64,000 nucleotides of DNA. It comes from a virus. The position numbers and the translations under genes were made by a program. The notes under the pieces were generated by a model. The model made no database searches and was not told the origin of the DNA. It saw only the letters and a list, made by a program, of their open reading frames with translations. The stretch covers positions 1 through 64,000 of IMG/VR virus record IMGVR_UViG_3300046779_001442, one strand, 5' to 3'. Positions 57,135-64,000 of the stretch are shown piece after piece; the first letter of the stretch is position 1, and each line of letters begins with the position of its first letter.

Positions 57135-57686
57135 ATGGAAAAGAAGCAACATCGCCTTGGGGCAATGTCTATTGAGGACTACAATAATGCCCCGATTATA
57201 CCTGGAAGTAAAAAGGTTTATTTTTTGAATGGTGACCTTGTTAGGGTACATCATCTAAATAAGTCTAATGGTATTATGTCTGTTTATAATATTACACAGG
57301 ACAGAATAGAAAGTTGTCTTATTAGTGATTTTAAGAAAAATAGGGAAAGAGCGTTCACTGTTGGCGAGACTGCTAGTTTAGTTAATCGTCATAAAAAGTA
57401 TATGCCGTCTTTGGTAAGGAGAGGCATTGTTCCTCCTGCTACTGGCTCCCAGAAGGGCGGAGATACTGGGTGGCAGGTAAGGTCTTACTACTCAGAGTCG
57501 CAAGTTTTTGAACTTCGTGATATACTAGCTTCATACCACATTGGTGGTCCACGAAAAGATAAGTTAATAACGAACAATATTACTCCAACACGCCAAGAGT
57601 TGACAAGGCGTATGGGAGATGGTATACTTACATATACCAAAACAGAAGATGGCAGATTCATTCCAGTGTGGTCTGAATCTATATAG
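57135..57686 (+). CDS. Putative DNA-binding protein (MerR-like HTH)
   Basis: FTVGETA-x-LV-x-R...L-x3-G-x2-P...R-x-YYSE. Confidence 0.55.
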   Translation: MEKKQHRLGAMSIEDYNNAPIIPGSKKVYFLNGDLVRVHHLNKSNGIMSVYNITQDRIESCLISDFKKNRERAFTVGETASLVNRHKKYMPSLVRRGIVPPATGSQKGGDTGWQVRSYYSESQVFELRDILASYHIGGPRKDKLITNNITPTRQELTRRMGDGILTYTKTEDGRFIPVWSESI

Positions 57687-57700
57687 TAAGGAAAACGGGT

Positions 57701-57904
57701 ATGGAAAACGAAAACACTAAAGTTGGTGTAACTCTTGGTTACACTCTAAATCTAGGCAACTTCCAGTCACTAAGGATTGACCTAAACGTAATTGATAATA
57801 AGCGTGAGAGCGAAAGCATCAATGAGGCATTTGATCGTGTCTACTCTTTTGTAGAGACCAAGCTTGCCGAAAAGATTACAGAAGCTAAGTCAGAAGTAGA
57901 ATAA
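57701..57904 (+). CDS. Hypothetical protein (NLGNFQSLRID family)
   Basis: 67-aa conserved phage replication-region motif. Confidence 0.75.
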   Translation: MENENTKVGVTLGYTLNLGNFQSLRIDLNVIDNKRESESINEAFDRVYSFVETKLAEKITEAKSEVE

Positions 57905-58212
57905 TGGCAGAACGCAAAGACCGTATGGCTTTGCTTAGTCGCTACTCAAAGCTTTACACTCAAAAATACGAGCAGAAGCCACAGATCAACATAAACGTTG
58001 AGCAATGGGCTGCAGACGCTTTAATTGAATCATATGGCATATCAGAATGCTATGATCTTCTGGCACACTATTTTGATGTTGCACAGAATCCAAGTTGGAA
58101 ATACTTTGCCAACTACGCACAAGATATAATTGATAAAAAAGCACAACTACAAGAAGATATTAAAGAAAGGGCAAAGAGAAGAGAGATGGCAAAGAGGTGG
58201 CTAAGTGAGTAA
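57904..58212 (+). CDS. Hypothetical protein
   Basis: 102 aa, coupled to the helicase gene. Confidence 0.7.
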   Translation: MAERKDRMALLSRYSKLYTQKYEQKPQININVEQWAADALIESYGISECYDLLAHYFDVAQNPSWKYFANYAQDIIDKKAQLQEDIKERAKRREMAKRWLSE

Positions 58213-59425
58213 TTCAGAGTCTAAACTAATCTCTGCTGTTTTGCAAGATAAACAGATTCACGTACTGCTACAGGCAAACGTTGATAACATTCTCAAGACC
58301 CATAAAGATATCTGGAACTTTATTAGATTATATTTTGAGCAGAATGGTTCAACTCCTCCGCAATCACTAGTTGTAGAGAAGTTCCGTGACTTTCAGCCAG
58401 AATCTGGTGTAGGTGCAACAAAACACCACCTAGAAGAGTTGCAAGCAGAGTTTATGACTGATAGCCTAAAGGATATCATTAGGACTGCTGCTGCAGAGGT
58501 TCAGGCAGATAAGGGTCTAGATGCCCTTGAGTTGCTAATTTCAAAAACATCTGAGCTCAGAAAGAACACTGCAGCAATTCGTGATATTGATGCTACAGAT
58601 CTTGAGTCTGCAATTGCTTACTATGAAAATGTAAAGAAGCAGGCAGAGCTAGGTTTGGCTGGTATCAAGACTGGTTTGCCAGGATTCGACAACTATCTTC
58701 CAGCAGGAATTATGCCAGGACAACTAGGAGTAATGCTTGCATATCCAGGTATTGGTAAGTCATGGCTATCTCTATACTTTGCGGTACAGGCATGGAAGCA
58801 AGGCAAGTCACCAATGATTGTATCACTTGAAATGAGTGAGACAGAAGTCCGTAACCGTGTATTTGCAATTATGGGAGAAGGGCTTTGGTCACACAGAAAG
58901 CTTTCTGCTGGACAAATTGAGATTGATGACCTAAAGATGTGGCACCAAAAGGCACTTCAAGGTAAGCCAGAATTTCATATTATCTCTAATGATTCTGGTG
59001 GAGAAGTTACGCCATCTGTGTTGCGTGGTAAGATTGACCAGTATAAGCCAGACTTTGTTGTGGTTGACTACCTTCAACTTATGTCTCCAAACCAAAAGTC
59101 AGATAATGAAACTGTGCGTATGAAGAACTTGTCTCGTGAGCTAAAGCTTATGGCTATCTCAGAAGAAGTTCCTATTATTGCTATCTCATCTGCTACTCCT
59201 GATGATGTCACTAAGCTTGACACAGTTCCAACACTTGGACAGACAGCATGGTCACGTCAGATTGCTTACGATGCTGACTGGGTGCTTGCTCTTGGTCGTG
59301 GGACTAATTCTGATATTATTGAATGTGTATTTAGAAAGAATCGTAATGGCTTCATGGGAGAGTTTTTAGTTCAGGCAGACTTCGATAGAGGATATTACAA
59401 GTACAAGGATTTTGAGGACAATTAA
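58205..59425 (+). CDS. dnaB: Replicative DnaB-like (SF4) helicase
   Basis: Walker A AYPGIGKS, SLEMS, VVVDYLQLM, SRELK-x2-A, KNRNG. Confidence 0.93.
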   Translation: MSNSESKLISAVLQDKQIHVLLQANVDNILKTHKDIWNFIRLYFEQNGSTPPQSLVVEKFRDFQPESGVGATKHHLEELQAEFMTDSLKDIIRTAAAEVQADKGLDALELLISKTSELRKNTAAIRDIDATDLESAIAYYENVKKQAELGLAGIKTGLPGFDNYLPAGIMPGQLGVMLAYPGIGKSWLSLYFAVQAWKQGKSPMIVSLEMSETEVRNRVFAIMGEGLWSHRKLSAGQIEIDDLKMWHQKALQGKPEFHIISNDSGGEVTPSVLRGKIDQYKPDFVVVDYLQLMSPNQKSDNETVRMKNLSRELKLMAISEEVPIIAISSATPDDVTKLDTVPTLGQTAWSRQIAYDADWVLALGRGTNSDIIECVFRKNRNGFMGEFLVQADFDRGYYKYKDFEDN

Positions 59426-60342
59426 TGGCCACATATACATCCGACCAAATTAAAAAAGTGCTAATTGGTGCAGGGCTAACCATTGAAAAAGAAATTGACT
59501 CTGACTATATAATCTTCTGTCCTTTTCATGCCAACAATAGAACTCCAGCAGGAGAAGTAGACAAGATTACTGGAAAGTTTTTTTGTTTTTCCTGTCACCA
59601 TGTTGCAGATTTGATTGAAGTAGTAATGCATACAACAGCACGTAGCTATTTTGAAGCAGCACGGTATATCAAATCAAAAGAAGGGCTATCTTCAATTATT
59701 GGTGATGTAGAGAAAAAGCTTATTAGTATTCCAGAGTATATCCAGTATGATCAAGTAATTATTAAGAGACTTAATCAACAAGCATTAGAGTCGCCAAGAG
59801 CGATGAGATATTATTCTGGTAGACTCATAACAGAGGCATCTGTTAAAAAGTTTCAGCTTGGATACTCAGAAAAACAGGATATGGTTACAATACCAATAGC
59901 TGCACCAGATGGCATGGAGGTTGGTTTTGTTGGCAGGTCAATCGAGGGCAAAGATTTTAAAAATACCCCTGGATTGCCAAAGTCAAAAATTCTATTTAAC
60001 TTGCATAGAGTTAAAACATCTAATAGGGTTTATGTGGTAGAATCGTCTTTCGATGCTATTCGTTTAGATCAAGTTGGAATTCCAGCTGTTGCTACACTAG
60101 GTGCAATGGTATCTACAAAACAGATAGAGCTTCTTCGTAAGTATTTCAACTCTGTTTTTGTTATTGCAGATAATGATGAGGCAGGAAGTAACATGAGAGA
60201 TAAGATTATCAAAAGTCTTGGAGCAATGGTTACAACTGTCAAGCTAGACTCTGCTTACAAAGACATTGGGGATATGCAAGATGAAGATATAAAAAGGCTA
60301 GATATGTCATTTGACAAATCAATAATGGCCATGCTACAATAA
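59425..60342 (+). CDS. dnaG: DNA primase (CHC2 Zn finger + TOPRIM)
   Basis: CPFH...CFSC, GFVGR, VVES-x-FD, ATLG, DNDEAG, KD-x-GD. Confidence 0.92.
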   Translation: MATYTSDQIKKVLIGAGLTIEKEIDSDYIIFCPFHANNRTPAGEVDKITGKFFCFSCHHVADLIEVVMHTTARSYFEAARYIKSKEGLSSIIGDVEKKLISIPEYIQYDQVIIKRLNQQALESPRAMRYYSGRLITEASVKKFQLGYSEKQDMVTIPIAAPDGMEVGFVGRSIEGKDFKNTPGLPKSKILFNLHRVKTSNRVYVVESSFDAIRLDQVGIPAVATLGAMVSTKQIELLRKYFNSVFVIADNDEAGSNMRDKIIKSLGAMVTTVKLDSAYKDIGDMQDEDIKRLDMSFDKSIMAMLQ

Positions 60343-60370
60343 TACAACAAACAAAAATAAGGAGAACACC

Positions 60371-61024
60371 ATGGGTGTAATTAAAGGGCTAAAGGATATC
60401 AATGCAATTCTTGATAAGCCAAAGTATGAAAGCACAGGAACAAAGGTTCGTTGGGTAAAGCTAGCTGACGGACAGGCTGCAAAGATTCGTTTCGTAGAGG
60501 AATTGGATCAGGATTCAGCACACTACGACGAGGCTCGTGGCCTTTCTGTAGTAATCGCACAGCACACAAATCCAAAGGACTACAAGCGTATGGCTGCATG
60601 TACTATGGAGACTGAAGGTCGCTGCTTCGCATGTGAGATGGCACGTAAGGAGCCAAAGGCTGGTTGGCGTTCAAAGCTTCGCTTCTACTGCAACGTGCTG
60701 GTAGAGGATGGCCTTGAGGCACCATACATTGCAGTTTGGTCACAGGGTGTTACCAAGCAGTCCGCATTCAATACTATTCGTGAGTATGCACTAGAGACTG
60801 GCTCAATCTCAAACCTTGAGTGGAAGCTAAAGCGTAATGGTCAGGGAACTGAAACCAACTATACACTTCTTCCTACCAAGCCAGACTCAGAGCCATTCGT
60901 ATGGGGAGACTACGAATTCCACAACCTTGAGAAGGTTGTACGAGAAGTCCCATACCCAGAGCAGGAAGCATTCTACTTTGGATTCGACACTCCGTCTGTT
61001 ACATCAACCAATATTGATTGGTAA
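60371..61024 (+). CDS. Single-stranded DNA-binding protein (gp32-like)
   Basis: L-x-DG-x4-IRF, H...C...C-x2-C, KR-x-G-x-G-x2-T-x-Y motifs; lies between primase and polymerase. Confidence 0.7.
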   Translation: MGVIKGLKDINAILDKPKYESTGTKVRWVKLADGQAAKIRFVEELDQDSAHYDEARGLSVVIAQHTNPKDYKRMAACTMETEGRCFACEMARKEPKAGWRSKLRFYCNVLVEDGLEAPYIAVWSQGVTKQSAFNTIREYALETGSISNLEWKLKRNGQGTETNYTLLPTKPDSEPFVWGDYEFHNLEKVVREVPYPEQEAFYFGFDTPSVTSTNIDW

Positions 61025-61032
61025 TTAAGTTT

Positions 61033-61065
61033 GATGTGGGGGTAACTTCGGTTGCCCCCATCTCA
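61033..61065 (+). terminator. Hairpin with C(TTCG)G tetraloop
   Basis: TGGGGGTAAC-TTCG-GTTGCCCCCA. Confidence 0.7.
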
Positions 61066-61114
61066 TCCTATCCTATAGAAATTATTAAAAGAAAAACTAA
61101 CAAAAAGGAAATAA

Positions 61115-64000
61115 ATGAGTTACGCTGGTCTACATGTCCACACACACTACTCGCTATTTGACGGAATTGCAACACCACAGGAATATGTGGACCGTGCCGT
61201 AGAGCTGGGCATGCCAGCAATCGCAATCACTGACCACGGATCTCTATCTGGTCACCGTGAAATGTATCGTGCTGCTAAAGAAGCAGGCATCAAGCCAATC
61301 CTTGGTATCGAAGGGTATATTACAAAAGACCGTTTTGACCACACAGATAAGAAGGAAAAGAATGACCCTCTTGATCTAAACTATAACCACCTAATCATTA
61401 TTGCAAAGAATGCTAAGGGTCTACAGAACCTAAATAAGCTTAATGAGATTGCTTGGACAGAAGGATTTTACAAGAAGCCACGTATTGACTGGGACATCCT
61501 TGAAGAGTATAAGGATGGACTTATCATTACTTCTGGATGCCTATCTGGTGTTCTTGCTAAGGCCATTGAGGCTAATGAATTTGCCTATGCAAAAGAGCAC
61601 ATTCAAAAGTGCAAGACTATTTTCGGTGATGACTATTACATTGAGGTAATGCCACATAACCCACCAGAGATTAATAAGGCTCTTCTAGATCTTGCAGATG
61701 AATTTGGTGTAAAGCCTGTTGTAACTCCAGACTGTCACCACTCTGACCCATCTCAGAAAGAGATTCAGGAGCTTAAGCTAATCCTTAACTCATACTCAAA
61801 TAAGGTTGAGAAGGGTGCTACATATGAAGGCTCAAAGAAGTATGACAATCTAATGGACCGTCTAGATTATCTTTATGGTGCAGATCGTCAAATGTCATTT
61901 AACAAGTTTGAAATTCATCTGCTATCTGATGAAGAAATGCACAATGCCATGAAGGCCCAAGGTATTGACCGTGAAGATATGTATGACACTACTCGTGAAA
62001 TTGTTGACAAGGTAGAAGACTACAAGATTAAGGATCACCAAGATCTACTTCCAGTTCAGTACCAGAATCCAAACAAAGAGCTTAAAGAGCTTGCTCTTGC
62101 TGGTCTAAAAGAACGTGGAATTGAAACACAAGAATACTTAGCACGTCTAGATGAAGAGCTAGAAGTGATTGAAGCAAAGAACTTTGGACCATACTTCCTT
62201 GTTGTACGCTCAATGATTTCCTGGGCTAAAAAAGAAGGAATCATGGTTGGTCCAGGTCGTGGTTCTGCAGCAGGCTCACTGCTCTGCTATGCTCTAGGAA
62301 TTACAGACATTGATCCAATTCAGCATGGACTATTGTTCTTCCGATTTATCAACCCAGAGCGTAATGACTTCCCAGATATTGATACTGATATTCAGGACTC
62401 ACGTCGTGAAGAAGTAAAGGATTACCTAGTACGTCAATATAAGCATGTTGCGTCTATTGCAACATTTTTACAGTTCCGTGGCAAAGGTATGGTTCGTGAT
62501 ATTGCACGTACACTCAACGTACCACTTGCAGATGTAAATAAGGTTCTAAAGGTTGTTGACGATTGGGACGACTACTGTTCTTCAAAGCAGTCAGCATGGT
62601 TCCGTGAAAAGTATCCTGAGATTGAAACTTACGGAGATCTTCTACGAGGTCGTATTCGTGGTACTGGTATTCACGCTGCAGGTGTTGTAACATCTAAGCA
62701 GCCTATCTTTAAGTTCGCACCACTAGAAACTCGTACCTCACCAGGAAACAAAGAGCGTATCCCAGTTGTGGCGGTAGACATGGAAGAAGCAGAGCGTATT
62801 GGTCTAATTAAGATTGATGCACTTGGACTCAAGACATTGTCTGTTCTACGAGACACTCTAGACATTATTGAAGAACGTCATGACAAGAAGATTGACTTAT
62901 TGTCAATTGATATGGATGATGCAAATGTATATAGAATGCTATCTGATGGATATACAAAGGGTGTGTTTCAGTGTGAAGCAACACCATATACAAATCTTTT
63001 GGTAAAGATGGGTGTAAAGAACCTAGATGAGCTTGCTGCTTCTAATGCTCTAGTTCGTCCAGGTGCTGCAAATACAATTGGTAAGGACTACATTGCACGT
63101 AAGCAGGGTAGACAGAATATTGATTATAAGCACCAAGTTATGAAGTCTTTTACTGCAGAGACCTATGGCTGCATCTTGTACCAGGAACAGGTTATGCAGG
63201 CTTGTACAGAGCTTGGTGGCATGACAATGGCTGAGGCCGATAAGGTTCGTAAGATCATTGGTAAGAAGAAAGATGCTAAAGAGTTTGACCAATTCAAGGA
63301 TAAGTTTGTTGATGGGGCTAGTAAGTTCATTTCTCCTAACGCTGCTATGGATCTATGGCACGATTTTGAAGCACACGCAGGCTATTCTTTCAACAAGTCC
63401 CATGCCGTTGCCTACTCAACACTTTCATACTGGACAGCGTGGCTAAAGTATCACTATCCACTAGAGTTTATGTACTCAATACTTAAAAACGAAAAAGACA
63501 AGGATGCACGTACTGAATATCTAATTGAGACAAAGCGTATGGGAATTCCTATCAAGCTTCCACACGTTAATGATTCAGATGCTGACTTTAAGATTGAGGG
63601 CAAAGGCATAAGGTTTGGTCTAACTGGAATTAAGTATATTTCTGACAATATTGCATCTAAGTATATGGCTGCTCGTCCATTTAATAGCTATAAAGAACTT
63701 GAAGAGTTTACGTTCGGCAAGGGCAATGGAGTAAATAGTCGTGCACTGCAAGCAATGAGAGTTGTTGGTGCTGCAACATTCCACGATCAACCACGAAACG
63801 ACCAAGAAATTCGTGAGAACTTATATGAGTACTTAAACCTTCCAGAGTTTAATATCTCTGTTCCTCAACACTATCACGCATTTGTTAGTGATGTAGAAGA
63901 GTTCGAGGAAAAGGGATCATTTATTCTAATGGGGATGGCAAAAGAGATTAAGCGTGGCAAGGGTTGGTCACGTGTAGAGATTCTAGATAAAACAGGAAGC
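61115..64000 (+). CDS. dnaE: DNA polymerase III alpha subunit (3'-truncated by window end)
   Basis: MSYAGLHVHTHYSLFDG...AITDHG (PHP domain), GPGRGSAAGSL, FINPER-x2-FPDIDTD, HAAGVV, GYSFNKSHA. The frame stays open to the window end. Confidence 0.96.
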   Translation, partial: MSYAGLHVHTHYSLFDGIATPQEYVDRAVELGMPAIAITDHGSLSGHREMYRAAKEAGIKPILGIEGYITKDRFDHTDKKEKNDPLDLNYNHLIIIAKNAKGLQNLNKLNEIAWTEGFYKKPRIDWDILEEYKDGLIITSGCLSGVLAKAIEANEFAYAKEHIQKCKTIFGDDYYIEVMPHNPPEINKALLDLADEFGVKPVVTPDCHHSDPSQKEIQELKLILNSYSNKVEKGATYEGSKKYDNLMDRLDYLYGADRQMSFNKFEIHLLSDEEMHNAMKAQGIDREDMYDTTREIVDKVEDYKIKDHQDLLPVQYQNPNKELKELALAGLKERGIETQEYLARLDEELEVIEAKNFGPYFLVVRSMISWAKKEGIMVGPGRGSAAGSLLCYALGITDIDPIQHGLLFFRFINPERNDFPDIDTDIQDSRREEVKDYLVRQYKHVASIATFLQFRGKGMVRDIARTLNVPLADVNKVLKVVDDWDDYCSSKQSAWFREKYPEIETYGDLLRGRIRGTGIHAAGVVTSKQPIFKFAPLETRTSPGNKERIPVVAVDMEEAERIGLIKIDALGLKTLSVLRDTLDIIEERHDKKIDLLSIDMDDANVYRMLSDGYTKGVFQCEATPYTNLLVKMGVKNLDELAASNALVRPGAANTIGKDYIARKQGRQNIDYKHQVMKSFTAETYGCILYQEQVMQACTELGGMTMAEADKVRKIIGKKKDAKEFDQFKDKFVDGASKFISPNAAMDLWHDFEAHAGYSFNKSHAVAYSTLSYWTAWLKYHYPLEFMYSILKNEKDKDARTEYLIETKRMGIPIKLPHVNDSDADFKIEGKGIRFGLTGIKYISDNIASKYMAARPFNSYKELEEFTFGKGNGVNSRALQAMRVVGAATFHDQPRNDQEIRENLYEYLNLPEFNISVPQHYHAFVSDVEEFEEKGSFILMGMAKEIKRGKGWSRVEILDKTGS

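Noticed and set aside
61115-64000. Intein or intron in dnaE, suggested by its absence from the ORF track
   Set aside because: The frame reads continuously through the expected DnaE motifs; it is missing from the track because it runs off the window without a stop.
1-64000. tRNA genes, integrase, stop-codon recoding
   Set aside because: No cloverleaf or T-loop signature and no recombinase motifs were noticed by eye, and long genes read intact in the standard code with all three stop codons used. tRNAscan-SE would be needed to exclude tRNAs formally.

Overview
A 64-kb segment of a large, low-GC, long-tailed (siphovirus-type) dsDNA phage. The host is probably an actinobacterium (inferred from widespread leaderless TGnTATAAT promoters, PASTA and NlpC/P60 proteins, GP88/DUF932 genes and a DnaE polymerase). 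Layout: (i) 1-1,100, a partial GIY-YIG-like gene and an origin-like tract of iteron-like repeats and DnaA boxes; (ii) about 1.1-13.1 kb, a minus-strand arm of about 40 tiny genes split into modules by recurring intergenic elements; (iii) 13.9-32.3 kb, accessory virion/fibre genes, a PrmC-like methyltransferase, NlpC/P60 and four Fe(II)/2OG-type oxygenases; (iv) 32.7-57.1 kb, head and tail morphogenesis genes (no terminase in the window); (v) 57.1-64 kb, replication genes (DnaB, primase, SSB, truncated DnaE). Best novelty candidates: (a) two unrelated proteins (PASTA and FN3) ending in the same Phe-rich F-F-S-V-F-G/N repeat tail, one directly followed by the oxygenase cluster, a possible post-translational modification system for virion proteins; (b) a ~30-nt H-type pseudoknot RNA motif with clear covariation, found five times just after stop codons; (c) eight GGGC-NN-GCC(C) boundary sites whose core flips orientation mid-arm, embedded among DnaA-, MtrA-, WhiA- and CRP-like boxes; (d) a tail-assembly chaperone pair made by gene duplication rather than frameshifting. 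All family assignments come from motifs recognised by eye; no database searches were run.
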